The notes under the pieces: model-generated
Told to the model about the DNA's origin: nothing
The model's input: only the letters and a program-made list of their open reading frames with translations
The model's database searches: none
NCBI GenBank assembly: GCA_965216755.1
Contig: CBDCGL010000011.1
Location: 4,160,001-4,224,000, forward strand
Length of the DNA stretch: 64,000 bases
Direction of reading: 5' to 3'
Source: Alphaproteobacteria bacterium
GTDB taxonomy: Bacteria; Pseudomonadota; Alphaproteobacteria; UBA7887
Translations under genes and position numbers: made by a program
In this document: in pieces, positions 49,822-59,843 of the stretch
How the letters are laid out: each line of letters starts with the position of its first letter
How positions within the stretch are numbered: position 1 is the stretch's first letter

Positions 49822-50988
49822 TTATTGCGCCACGCCGTGGACGGCGAGCATCGATTTCATGCGATCGCTCGCCAGTTCTGGATCGCGCAAGAGATTTGCG
49901 GCATCGGCCAGACGAAACAACTCGGCCAGGTGCAGCAGCGACCGGGCACTTTGTTGACCCCCGACCATGACGAAATGATCTTGATGGCCGTTGAGCCAAG
50001 CCATGAAGACAACGCCCGTTTTGTAGAAACGCGTCGGCGCTTTGAATATGTGGCGCGACAGGGGTACGGTCGGCGCCAGCAACGCGTGAAAACTGCCACG
50101 TTCATTATTCGCAAGCGCATCGAGTGCGGCGGACGCCGCCGGCGCGATGGGATCAAAGATTCCCAGCAAGGCATCGCTATAGCCAACCGTATCGCCATCA
50201 ATCAGCTCGGCATAATTGAAATCATCGCCCGTATACATGCGAACACCTTCGGGCAGTCGGCGACGCATGGCGATTTCTTTGTCTTTGTCCAGCAGCGAAA
50301 CCTTGATGCCGTCGACTTTGTCGGCGTGGGCCCCGATCACATCCAGGCAAACGTTCATGGCGTCCATGTGATCGGCGTGGCCCCAATAGCCTTCAAGAGC
50401 GGGGTCGAACATTTCGCCCAACCAATGGATAATAACGGGTCTTGCGACTTGGCCCAAGATCCGGTCATAGACCTGGACATAGTCATCGGGCCCTTGAGCA
50501 CAGGCGGCCAATGCACGGCTTGCCATCAAAATGATATCGCCGCCCAGCGATTCGATGAACGCGACTTGTTCCTCGTATGCCGCCACAACCGCGTCGAGCG
50601 TCAGGTCGCCGTTTGGCTGGACATGGTCGGTTCCGGCGCCCGAAGCAATGCGCGCGCCAGGGACGGTCTTGGCCGCTTCAAGACTCCGCCGGATCAGCTC
50701 ACGGCTGGTTTGCCAATCGAGCCCCATGCCGCGCTGGGCCGTATCCATGGCTTCCGCCACGCCTAAACCCAAATCCCAGAGCTGGTGGCGATAGGCGATC
50801 GTCGTGTCCCAATCCAATGCGGGTTCAAGCCATGGATCGACGTCGGCGCGTGAATCCGCGACCACATGCGCCGCCGAATACGCCACGCGGTTAAAAGGAC
50901 GGTTGGAGCGGACCGGAAAGGCGCGCGGCTGGCGCAAGGTGAACGGCGCCAAATCGCCATTTTCAGTCGGCAGATTAATCGTTGTCAT
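49822..50988 (-). CDS. DUF993 family (DHDPS-like) protein
   Basis: AEAMDTAQRGMG, IIHWLG, GIKVSLL, YTGDDFNY. Confidence 0.85.
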   Translation of the reverse strand: MTTINLPTENGDLAPFTLRQPRAFPVRSNRPFNRVAYSAAHVVADSRADVDPWLEPALDWDTTIAYRHQLWDLGLGVAEAMDTAQRGMGLDWQTSRELIRRSLEAAKTVPGARIASGAGTDHVQPNGDLTLDAVVAAYEEQVAFIESLGGDIILMASRALAACAQGPDDYVQVYDRILGQVARPVIIHWLGEMFDPALEGYWGHADHMDAMNVCLDVIGAHADKVDGIKVSLLDKDKEIAMRRRLPEGVRMYTGDDFNYAELIDGDTVGYSDALLGIFDPIAPAASAALDALANNERGSFHALLAPTVPLSRHIFKAPTRFYKTGVVFMAWLNGHQDHFVMVGGQQSARSLLHLAELFRLADAANLLRDPELASDRMKSMLAVHGVAQ

Positions 50989-50997
50989 CGGTTATCC

Positions 50998-52149
50998 CTA
51001 TCTCTCCAGTTCGGGCAAATCGATCCAGCGCCGCTCGCGCCAACTTTGCAAGGCGGCCTCCGCCAACTGCACGCCCTTGGCACCGGCGCGTAAATCCCAG
51101 GGAAACGGCGTGTCATCACACACATGGCGCAAGAACTGTGCCCATTGCGCCTTGAACGCGTTATCGTCATCGAGCGTATCCGGCACAACCTGCCAGCCGG
51201 CAAAGTGGTCAATTGTCGATGGCACGTCCGGGTTCCAAACCGGCTTGGGCGTGGTCGCGCGTGGCTGAACACGACAGTCGCGTAAGCCTGCAACGGCCGT
51301 CCCATGTGTCCCGTCGACTTGGATCGTCAGCAAATCGTCGCGGCGCACGCGTACTGCCCAGGAACAGTTGAAATGGGCGATCACGCCGTCGGCAAGTTGA
51401 AACGTCATATAGGCGGCGTCATCGGCGGTGGTGTGATAGGGCACGCCATTTTCGTCCCACCGTTCGGCGATGTGGGTCGCGCCCAAACAACTCACCGCTT
51501 CGACAGGGCCAATCGTGTTGTCGAGCACATAGCGCCAATGGGGCGCCATATCCAAAATGATGCCGCCGCCATCTTCGGCCCGATAATTCCACGACGGCCG
51601 TTGGGCTGGCTGTAAATCGCCCTCAAACACCCAGTAGCCGAATTCACCGCGCACCGACAGGATTTGGCCAAGCAAACCGGAATCGCGAACCAGCTTCAAT
51701 TTTCGTAAGCCCGGCAACCACAGTTTATCTTGCACGACACCATGTTTGACGCCCGCGTCGTGCGCGGCGCGATAAACGTCGAGCGCATCGGCAAGAGTGG
51801 CCGCAACCGGCTTCTCGCAGTAGATGTGCTTGCCGGCGGCGATCGCCCGGCGCAGCAGCTCGGCGCGCATGAGAGTCGCCGCGGCGTCGAAAAAGACGCC
51901 GAAATCGGGTTCGCTCAGCGCGGCGTCCAAATCGGTCGTCCAGCGCCTGATGTTGTGGGCCTTGGCGAGTGCCGCCAGCTTGGTTTCGTTACGCCCCACC
52001 AGCAGGGGGTCGGGAATGACCCGCGAACCGTCGGCAAGCGGTACGCCGCCGCTATCCCGAAGGGCCAGGATTGAACGCACCAAATGCTGATTCATGCCCA
52101 TGCGCCCGGTCACGCCGTGCATGATGATGCCGAGTTTCTTGGCGGTCAT
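50998..52149 (-). CDS. Gfo/Idh/MocA oxidoreductase
   Basis: GVTGRMG, CEKP, GGIILD. Confidence 0.9.
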   Translation of the reverse strand: MTAKKLGIIMHGVTGRMGMNQHLVRSILALRDSGGVPLADGSRVIPDPLLVGRNETKLAALAKAHNIRRWTTDLDAALSEPDFGVFFDAAATLMRAELLRRAIAAGKHIYCEKPVAATLADALDVYRAAHDAGVKHGVVQDKLWLPGLRKLKLVRDSGLLGQILSVRGEFGYWVFEGDLQPAQRPSWNYRAEDGGGIILDMAPHWRYVLDNTIGPVEAVSCLGATHIAERWDENGVPYHTTADDAAYMTFQLADGVIAHFNCSWAVRVRRDDLLTIQVDGTHGTAVAGLRDCRVQPRATTPKPVWNPDVPSTIDHFAGWQVVPDTLDDDNAFKAQWAQFLRHVCDDTPFPWDLRAGAKGVQLAEAALQSWRERRWIDLPELER

Positions 52150-52175
52150 GGTGTCTCCCTAAAGCGCGCTGCGTA

Positions 52176-53237
52176 TTAGTTTAGCCAACGACCCAAGTTG
52201 TCGGCGACAAAGGCGTCGTCGTTCAGGTCGGGATAAGCCCCGCAGACCCGAGTGATTTCCTCGCCCTGACCTGGACTGAGTGTTTCATCAGGGTCCAAGC
52301 ACCAAATGCCATCCAACAGCCCTTGTCGGCGCAGTATCTCATGGCATCCTGCGATACAGCCGCGAAAATTGTTGCGGACATCGAAAATCGCGCCGTTGGC
52401 ATCGGTCCAGCGGCTGTCCAGAGCGAGCAGGTCGCCATCGATCCGACCCGTGTCAACGGCGCCGTGCAGGCGTTCCAGCAGTGCGACGGCGCTGTGGGTC
52501 CAGACACCCCACTGGCCAAGCAGGCCACCGCGTATGCGGACACTGACGGGCCGCTGATTCCGCATCGTGACAAACGGCGTCAGCAAGTCCAGTACAATAT
52601 GGTCGTCATTGCCGGTATAGAGACTGATGCGATCCTCGGCGCCCGCCTCGATGACCCCGCGCACGACATCGACTGTCCGATAGCGATTGAATGGCGCGAT
52701 CTTGATGGCAATCACATTGTCAATAGAGGCGAAGCGACGCCAAAACGAAACCGCCAATACAACGCCGCCCACCGCCGGCTGCAAATAGAAACCCACCAAC
52801 GGCATTGCCGCCGCAAGGCGCGCGCAATGATCGATCATGTCATCCTCGCTTGCGCCATGGAACGCTGCCATGCTGACCATGCCGGCATGGTAGCCGTGTG
52901 CACGCGCGATCTCGGCTTCGGCCAGCGCCTGCGCGGTGCGTCCAGCCAAACCGGCGATCATCAGCAGCGGGCGATCGGTCCACGCCGTCGCGGTTTCAGC
53001 AGCGTGGCGCAAGACCGTCTCGTAGAGACCGGCTTCCCGGATCGCGAACTGTGTGGCGTGCACGCCGACCGCCAAGCCACCGGCGCCGGCATCCAAGTAA
53101 TAGCGTGTCAGCGCCCGTTGCCGCCTTTCATCCAATTTGCGGTCAGCCGTCAGTGCCAAGGGATGCGCGGGAATGACCGTGCCGGCACGCAGCAGCACGC
53201 GCACCGACGCTGGGATGTTATCTATATTGAGTGGCAT
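52176..53237 (-). CDS. Dihydrodipicolinate synthase-family lyase
   Basis: GVHATQF, FYLQ, AIKIAPF (Schiff-base Lys), YTGNDD. Confidence 0.85.
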   Translation of the reverse strand: MPLNIDNIPASVRVLLRAGTVIPAHPLALTADRKLDERRQRALTRYYLDAGAGGLAVGVHATQFAIREAGLYETVLRHAAETATAWTDRPLLMIAGLAGRTAQALAEAEIARAHGYHAGMVSMAAFHGASEDDMIDHCARLAAAMPLVGFYLQPAVGGVVLAVSFWRRFASIDNVIAIKIAPFNRYRTVDVVRGVIEAGAEDRISLYTGNDDHIVLDLLTPFVTMRNQRPVSVRIRGGLLGQWGVWTHSAVALLERLHGAVDTGRIDGDLLALDSRWTDANGAIFDVRNNFRGCIAGCHEILRRQGLLDGIWCLDPDETLSPGQGEEITRVCGAYPDLNDDAFVADNLGRWLN

Positions 53238-53325
53238 GGATCATCGATATTACGAAGTAACTGATTGGTTACTTTAGTGTGCGTGTATCGTGTCGTCAAG
53301 CTTAGCTCCAGCGATATCGAATCAA

Positions 53326-54216
53326 CTAGCCAAATTCTGGTCCGGCGACGGCAAAGGTCAATTCGGGCCGACCGGGAACCAAATCGGAATTGGTCATGCG
53401 CGCGAACTGTCGCACTGGCTCGAAACCCGCGCCGGCCAAATCGGTGTGCAACACGGTTTGTTGATCGCAAACATCGATGACAACCGAGCCATCGCACCGG
53501 GCCGCAGCCTCTCTCATAAGCGCTTGAGCGACCGGTGCCGACTCGGCGATCAGCGGTCCGATGTGCATGGCCCGGCGACCGTCGCGCGCGCAGGCCAACG
53601 CGACCACTTTTCCGTCGCGCGTGGCGACCATGGCTTGGGCAGGGCGGCGCCGACAGAAATCCGCGATGACGCGCCGGCGCGGTGCACCAAAGGCCAAGCC
53701 GTCGACAGCCACGGCTTGAGCCAAATGACTTTCCGACATCGGCGCCACGATTTCCGCCATGCCGGTCGGCAAAGGCGCGAAGTCCAACGCCTCGCTGTTT
53801 GCGCGCATACGAGTGAACGTCCACATCTCGCGAAACCCAAGCGGCCGATAGGTTGGTTGTCCCAGAGACGTCGCGTCCAGCACCGCTTTGCGGCGCCAGC
53901 GCGTCAAGCATTCGAGGCACTGTAAGACAAGCCGTGTTGCAATGCCGCGCCGGCGCCAACGGGCGCTCACCAGCACCATGCTGATCCATGCAAAATCGCT
54001 ACCGTAGGGCACCACCAGGGCGCTGGCGATTGCTGTACCGTCGGTTGCGAAAATGCCGAATCCGCCGCCAAGCCCCAGCATCAGACGCCAATCTGATACG
54101 GTCTGGTTCCAGCCGGCTTCGTCGGACAGTGCGATCAGACTGGCGGCGTCGGCGCCTGAGAGAGGCCGGTGAACAAAAGAGGCCGGCAGATCAGAATCGG
54201 CCGTCACGCGACTCAT
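53326..54216 (-). CDS. GNAT acetyltransferase (YitH-like two-domain)
   Basis: GWNQT, WISMVLV...RRRGIA, LDAT, IGPL; start at 54216 or the GTG at 54207. Confidence 0.8.
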   Translation of the reverse strand: MSRVTADSDLPASFVHRPLSGADAASLIALSDEAGWNQTVSDWRLMLGLGGGFGIFATDGTAIASALVVPYGSDFAWISMVLVSARWRRRGIATRLVLQCLECLTRWRRKAVLDATSLGQPTYRPLGFREMWTFTRMRANSEALDFAPLPTGMAEIVAPMSESHLAQAVAVDGLAFGAPRRRVIADFCRRRPAQAMVATRDGKVVALACARDGRRAMHIGPLIAESAPVAQALMREAAARCDGSVVIDVCDQQTVLHTDLAGAGFEPVRQFARMTNSDLVPGRPELTFAVAGPEFG

Positions 54217-55228
54217 ACGCCGTCGGCTTGCCATAGCTGGGTCGGTCATGGGTGACCCAGTCGGCGGTCCATTCAATCAGACGCGCGGTGGCAACAATCG
54301 GATTGCCGAACATGCGCGCCGCGCGATCGCCGTTCATCACCCAGGCGCTGTCGGCTTCGGCATAGGCAAAAATCGGTGCGTTGCCGATTAGGGCGCCGAA
54401 AGCTTGGGCCAGGGCGCGGATACTGACGATTTCAGGAGACGTGATATTGAGCGGCGCGGTCGGCTGCGTGCAGTGGTTCAATGCCCGTAAGATCTGGCTG
54501 CTCGCATCGCCTTGCCAGATGATCGATACATGGCCGGTGGTCAAGTCGATAGGTTGCCGATCGCGCACTTTGCACGCGATTTCGTGGAACACGCCATACC
54601 GCATGTCGATGGCGTAGGCCAAACGAATGAGCCGACCGGCATTGCCGTAGCGCGCCGAGGCATGTTGGAACATGCGTTCGCGGCCAAGGCAGCCATTGGC
54701 ATATTCGCCGGGCGGTGCCGGCACAAGATCTTCGGTTGCGCCGCCGCCGGCCACCGGAGAAAACGGATAAACGCAGAGCGTTGAAAACGCGACGACCCGC
54801 GACCCGCGAAATATTTCCGCCACCATTGCCGGCACAAGCACATTCATGGCCCAGCTGAACGGCTCGTCACCGGTGGTCCCAAACTTGCGGCCCGCCATGA
54901 AAATGACGTTGGCAAGGCGCGGTAAGGCGGCGAGCTGATCTTGGTCCAGCAAATCGCAGGCGATCGTCTCAATGTTCCACGATTCCAACCGCGAGCGCAG
55001 CTGCGGATCCGTGAAGCGCGCGACGCCAACAACCCGCTTGTCGGGTGCGGCGCGCTTGGCCAGACGCGCCAGTGTCGGGCCGACCTTGCCGGCGACGCCG
55101 AGAATAAGCAGATCGCCATCCAACGTCGCCAGGTCGTCGATCAAGGCCTGGCTCGGCCGCGACAGCAACTCTTCCAGCGCATCGACGCTTTCGATTCGGT
55201 CCGGTAGCGTTTCGGCAGAAAGCAACAT
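54191..55228 (-). CDS. NAD-dependent epimerase/dehydratase (atypical extended SDR)
   Basis: GVAGKVG, MAGRKFG, YAIDMRYGV. Confidence 0.85.
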   Translation of the reverse strand: MLLSAETLPDRIESVDALEELLSRPSQALIDDLATLDGDLLILGVAGKVGPTLARLAKRAAPDKRVVGVARFTDPQLRSRLESWNIETIACDLLDQDQLAALPRLANVIFMAGRKFGTTGDEPFSWAMNVLVPAMVAEIFRGSRVVAFSTLCVYPFSPVAGGGATEDLVPAPPGEYANGCLGRERMFQHASARYGNAGRLIRLAYAIDMRYGVFHEIACKVRDRQPIDLTTGHVSIIWQGDASSQILRALNHCTQPTAPLNITSPEIVSIRALAQAFGALIGNAPIFAYAEADSAWVMNGDRAARMFGNPIVATARLIEWTADWVTHDRPSYGKPTAYESRDGRF

Positions 55229-55230
55229 GG

Positions 55231-56262
55231 TCAAAACACGCCGTCGCGCACGGCGAAATGTGTTGGTTTGTCGATGGTCGCGCCGCCGCGCGCGATCCAA
55301 TCGGCGGTCCAATCGATCATGCGCCGCAGCGGCACGGATGGATAGCCGAATAACCGCGCGGCTTGGCTGGTGTTTACCAACCATGCATCGGTGGCTTCGC
55401 GGCCGCTCAAGACCGGCTCTTTGTCAAAGGCCGCGCCAAATACATGCGCCAGCCAACGCACCGACACCGTTTCCGGGCCGCTGATGTTCAGCGGCGCGAT
55501 CGGCGTTGTGCAGTGACCGAGCGCGCGCAAGGCTTGGCTCGCCGCATCGCCTTGCCAGATGACATTGACATGGCCCGTGGTGAGGTCCACCGGTCGACCT
55601 TCGAAGACCGCCTTGGCCACGTCGTGCAGCACGCCATACCGCATGTCGATGGCGTAGTTCAAACGCAGCAACCGCCCCGACGTTCCATGGCGTGCCGAGT
55701 GAAATTGGAAGAGTCGCTCGCGGGCGACGCACGACCATCCATAGTCGCCGGGTGGCGGTTCGAGTGCTGTGGCTTCGGTCGCACCGCCACTCCCAACATC
55801 AACATACGGATAAACGCAACCGGTTGAAAAGGCGACGATGCGCGATTCGCGGAATGCGTTGGCGACCATTGCGGCAACCCGCGCGTTTGTCGCCCATGTT
55901 TCGCCAGGGCCTTGAGCCGAACCGAATTTCCGCCCCGCCATGAAGATGACGTTTGCCACTTTCGGCAGCGATCGCAATTGTTCGCCATCGGCAAGATCGC
56001 ACACGATAGTCTCGATTCCGGACTCCTCCAGGGCGCTCCGGGTTCGTCCGTCCGTGAACCGGGCAACGCCCAACACATGCTTGCGCGGCGCCGCCTGCTT
56101 TGCCAATTGCGCCAATGTCGGTCCGATTTTGCCGCCGACGCCGAGGATCAGAATGTCGCCGTCGATCGCGTCTAGCTCGGCGGTCAAGGTCGACGATGGC
56201 CGGGACAGAACCCGATCCAGTTCCACTTCGGATTTCAGTGTGTCGGGCAGGGCATCTGTCAT
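55231..56262 (-). CDS. NAD-dependent epimerase/dehydratase, tandem paralog
   Basis: GVGGKIG, MAGRKFG, NYAIDMRYGV. Confidence 0.85.
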   Translation of the reverse strand: MTDALPDTLKSEVELDRVLSRPSSTLTAELDAIDGDILILGVGGKIGPTLAQLAKQAAPRKHVLGVARFTDGRTRSALEESGIETIVCDLADGEQLRSLPKVANVIFMAGRKFGSAQGPGETWATNARVAAMVANAFRESRIVAFSTGCVYPYVDVGSGGATEATALEPPPGDYGWSCVARERLFQFHSARHGTSGRLLRLNYAIDMRYGVLHDVAKAVFEGRPVDLTTGHVNVIWQGDAASQALRALGHCTTPIAPLNISGPETVSVRWLAHVFGAAFDKEPVLSGREATDAWLVNTSQAARLFGYPSVPLRRMIDWTADWIARGGATIDKPTHFAVRDGVF

Positions 56263-56633
56263 CGTCGGGTGTCTGCGCGTTATGTGGCTGTTCTGGTCGA
56301 CATAACACCATAAGCGATCGTGTGCATGACGATTTTTGAAATCCCGGCGCAGCTTCAGGTGGAGAACCGCGCGCACTGACCAGCCGCGCCGTGTCATGCC
56401 TTCTTATTCTGGCGCCGATTGGCTGATATGGACCATTGACATGGTTGGGCCACGCTTACAAACTTGCCATATCCTGCCGCGTCAGTGGGATATGGGAAGT
56501 CACGTGTACTGGTGCGGCGGCGGTGCAAATGCGATCTTGTTGTCGCTGTCTTGGCGTTAAAGAAGCAATGTCGGTCGTTCGGCTGAGATGGTTTTTGGGT
56601 CGCGTAAGTGAGGCTTGTTAGGGAGGATAATTT

Positions 56634-58448
56634 ATGATTGGGCGTAAGACACGGGGCATCGCCTACGGTCTCGCAGGCGCGAGCTTGCTGACCTTGGCCA
56701 TGGCTCTGCCCGCGACCGCACAAACGGTCACGACAGACGACGCTTTGTTGAATGCCGATGCGAACCCGGCGAACTGGGTGACCGTCGCGCAGAATTACAA
56801 ATCGCATCGTTATTCGGCTCTCGATGAAATCAACAAGGATAACGTTGGTGACTTGAAACTGGCCTATGCGCTGTCACTTGGTGGATCCGACGGCGGCGGT
56901 TTCTGGCAATATGGCAATATCGAAGGCACGCCGCTGGTCGAAGACGGCATTATGTATATGCCCAACGGCTGGAGCGAGCTGTTCAAGATCGACTTGCGTA
57001 AAGCCGGTCAAGGCCCGGACATGGTCGAATGGATCTTTGATCCGGCGGTCGATAAGGACTGGGCGGGCAACGTGACCTGCTGCGCGATCAACAATCGCGG
57101 TGTCGGCTTATATCAAGACGGCGTCATCATCAGCACTCTGGATGGCCGGATGATCCGCGTTTCCAAGGACACCGGTGAGGCTGTTTGGGAAACGCAATTG
57201 GCAGATCCGGCGATTGCCGAAACCGTCACGGTCGCCCCGCTGATCGTCAAGAATATGGGCATTACTGGTGTTTCGGGCGCTGAATACGGCATTCGTGGTT
57301 GGATCGCCGCCGTTGATTTGGACTCCGGCAAAGAAAAGTGGCGCCGTTACACGGTACCTGGGCCGGGCGAAGCTGGCTTTGACACCTGGAAAGACGACTA
57401 CGACGCCTGGATGACCGGCGGTGGTTCATCCTGGCAGACCGGTTCGTACGATCCAGATCTCAATTTGGTCTATTGGGGCGTCGGCAATCCGGGCCCCGAC
57501 TGGGACAATGACTATCGTCCCGGCGATAACCTCTACACCAGCGGCATGATTGCGGTTAACGCCGACACCGGTGAGATCGAGTTCCACTTCCAGTACACGC
57601 CCAACGATCCGTATGACTATGACGGCATCAATGAGCAGGTTCTGGTTGACGCGGTTGTTGGCGGTGAAGAGCGTAAAGCGATCATCCACGCCGACCGTAA
57701 TGGCTTCTTCTATGCCATCGATCGCAGTGACGGCAAATTTATCTACGGTCTGCCGTTCGTGAAAGAGGTCAACTGGACCCGTGGTCTGGACAAGGTCACC
57801 GGCTTGCCGCTCGACTATGACGCCAGCCGCGACGTTCAGGTTTACATCGCCGAACGGACGCCGAATCGGACCAACAAGTCGGCCACGTTCTGCCCGAACC
57901 TGATGGGTGGCAAGAACTGGATGCCGATTTCCTACAGTCCGAAGACCAACATGGCCTATGTGCCGACCATTGAAAGTTGCATCACGGTCAATAACGAGGA
58001 AGAAGTTCCGGGTCCGGACGGCTCCTACGTGTTGCGTGAGTGGTTCTCGGGCGGCATGCCGGATGTGACCACTGCCCAAGGTTCCGATGGCAGTGATCTG
58101 GCCGGTAGCCTGACCGCGATCGATATCGCCAATGGCCGTATCGTGCGCAAAGTCGACACCCGTTATCCGCTGATGGCCGGCGTTCTGTCGACCGGTGGTG
58201 GTTTGGTGTTTGTCGCACAGCACGAAGGCAAATTCTGCGCCTTTGACGACGAGTCACTCGATGAACTGTGGTGCTTCCACACCAATACGCTGATGGACGC
58301 GCCGACCATGAGCTTCGGCGTTGACGGCAAGCAATATATCGCCGTTGCGTCCGGCGGCTGGGGCACCGTTCCGACTTACTTTGCCCCGTCGGTTCCGGGT
58401 CTTGAGAAGGTCAAGCCTGGCAACATCCTGTGGGTATTCGCGCTCTAA
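56634..58448 (+). CDS. Periplasmic PQQ-dependent dehydrogenase, methanol/ethanol family, probably lanthanide-binding
   Basis: Signal peptide, vicinal CC (TCCAINNRG), SGAEYG, GNPGP, DPYDYDG, GGKNW; RBS GGGAGGA. Confidence 0.92.
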   Translation: MIGRKTRGIAYGLAGASLLTLAMALPATAQTVTTDDALLNADANPANWVTVAQNYKSHRYSALDEINKDNVGDLKLAYALSLGGSDGGGFWQYGNIEGTPLVEDGIMYMPNGWSELFKIDLRKAGQGPDMVEWIFDPAVDKDWAGNVTCCAINNRGVGLYQDGVIISTLDGRMIRVSKDTGEAVWETQLADPAIAETVTVAPLIVKNMGITGVSGAEYGIRGWIAAVDLDSGKEKWRRYTVPGPGEAGFDTWKDDYDAWMTGGGSSWQTGSYDPDLNLVYWGVGNPGPDWDNDYRPGDNLYTSGMIAVNADTGEIEFHFQYTPNDPYDYDGINEQVLVDAVVGGEERKAIIHADRNGFFYAIDRSDGKFIYGLPFVKEVNWTRGLDKVTGLPLDYDASRDVQVYIAERTPNRTNKSATFCPNLMGGKNWMPISYSPKTNMAYVPTIESCITVNNEEEVPGPDGSYVLREWFSGGMPDVTTAQGSDGSDLAGSLTAIDIANGRIVRKVDTRYPLMAGVLSTGGGLVFVAQHEGKFCAFDDESLDELWCFHTNTLMDAPTMSFGVDGKQYIAVASGGWGTVPTYFAPSVPGLEKVKPGNILWVFAL

Positions 58449-58504
58449 GGAACGGACTTGACTCGCGGCGTCGCGCGAAAGCGGCGTAGCGGGTCACGAC
58501 GGTC

Positions 58505-58549
58505 AACAAAAAGGGGCGGTCTCAATCGGGGCCGCCCTACTTTTTTGTT
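58505..58549. terminator. Likely bidirectional rho-independent terminator
   Basis: AACAAAAA-GGGGCGGTCTC...GGGGCCGCCC-TTTTTTGTT between convergent genes. Confidence 0.75.
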
Positions 58550-58559
58550 CGTTGTCCGG

Positions 58560-58653
58560 AGTTATGGTGACGGTTTACTAAATGTACTATTTGTTGTGTG
58601 TTTGTGCGACATGGCGCAACATATGGTGTATTTAGTAAACTGTCACCGTAATT
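58560..58653. repeat. Long imperfect inverted repeat (REPIN/MITE-like hairpin)
   Basis: TTATGGTGACGGTTTACTAAAT (from 58562) versus ATTTAGTAAACTGTCACCGTAA (to 58651); pairing continues inward. Confidence 0.75.
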
Positions 58654-58663
58654 GGAAACGGCC

Positions 58664-59326
58664 CTAACTGCTGTCGGCCTTTCGCCACACCTCGAAGCGC
58701 GTCGCGCTGACCATTTCGGGGCCATCTTCACCAAACGTGCGATAGAAATTTGTCCACAGTTCGACGGTGCGATTGCCCAGATCCTTGCGGCAATGGTCGT
58801 TCATGTAGACGCCGCCGATCGGTTGCGCCTCGCCCGATGGCGGCTCGGTTTCGCATGTCCAACCGCCTTGTCCAAATCGAAACTTGACGATGCGGCCCAG
58901 CTGCCGGGCGCGGCGCTTGTGATACTCCCGCTCGCCTGGATCGGTCACCGCGCGCAGAGCCTCGACGACGCCACCATCAGTAAACAGCAAAGACAAGATA
59001 ATCGGATGGCCTGCGACCGCCGTTCCTTCGAGGTCTTCGTATACGACCTCCGAGTCATCATACTGGAACGCCACTTCGTGAAGCCCGTGTTGGTCTTTGG
59101 GGCAGGCGGCGAAATCCGCCCATCCGGCGATCGGTTCGCCGGGCGCGCTGCCATTGTTGCCACAGGCGAAATTCAGATATCCTTCTTTAGGTAGCTCCGC
59201 AACTGTTAGTCCAGTTGTAAACATGCGAATATCGCCCTGTGCCGGGGCTTCGCCGATGTCCGCGGTGGTCGCCATCAGCGCCGCTGCACAGGCTATCCCG
59301 GCGCGTCTGCCCCATATTTTCGCCAT
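58664..59326 (-). CDS. Secreted Cys-containing hypothetical protein
   Basis: Signal-like N-terminus, four Cys in the mature part, RBS AGGAG. Confidence 0.7.
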   Translation of the reverse strand: MAKIWGRRAGIACAAALMATTADIGEAPAQGDIRMFTTGLTVAELPKEGYLNFACGNNGSAPGEPIAGWADFAACPKDQHGLHEVAFQYDDSEVVYEDLEGTAVAGHPIILSLLFTDGGVVEALRAVTDPGEREYHKRRARQLGRIVKFRFGQGGWTCETEPPSGEAQPIGGVYMNDHCRKDLGNRTVELWTNFYRTFGEDGPEMVSATRFEVWRKADSS

Positions 59327-59389
59327 GCCTGCTTCTCCTGTCGATGGCTCTATTTCTTTTTGGTTTGTGCCGGCTCCGAAATCTTGGCG

Positions 59390-59734
59390 TTATTCTTTGC
59401 TCAGACTGAGTATGTAGCCGACGACATTATCGAGATCCGTCCCTTTCAATTCAAAGGACTCGTCCGGCCAGTGCGGCACCGCCAACGCCGCTTTCAAGGG
59501 TTCCAAAGCTTGCAAAGCCGGGTCCCCAGCAATCATCACGAGAGAAAGGGCCGGCGTTGCTGTGTCGCTTGCCGCAGTTTGTCTAGCCGGTTTGATGCCC
59601 GGGGCTTCGTGGCAGGAAATACAGCGTTCCGCCACCAAACCCTTGGCGGCGTCGATATCGGCCGACATGAACGCCATGACGCTCGACGTGCACAACATAA
59701 GGCAGCCCCATCCGCCAATCAACACCCGCGGCAT
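59390..59734 (-). CDS. Small c-type cytochrome
   Basis: CISCH after a signal-like sequence; RBS AGGAGG. Confidence 0.75.
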   Translation of the reverse strand: MPRVLIGGWGCLMLCTSSVMAFMSADIDAAKGLVAERCISCHEAPGIKPARQTAASDTATPALSLVMIAGDPALQALEPLKAALAVPHWPDESFELKGTDLDNVVGYILSLSKE

Positions 59735-59843
59735 GTCGGCCTCCTGTTGGTTTTCTTGACGCGGCATCGACCATCGCCACGACACCGCTGGACATGGGCG
59801 CGACTGGCCGTGGAAACAAGGGCCGTGGCGCACTGTTCCGCCA

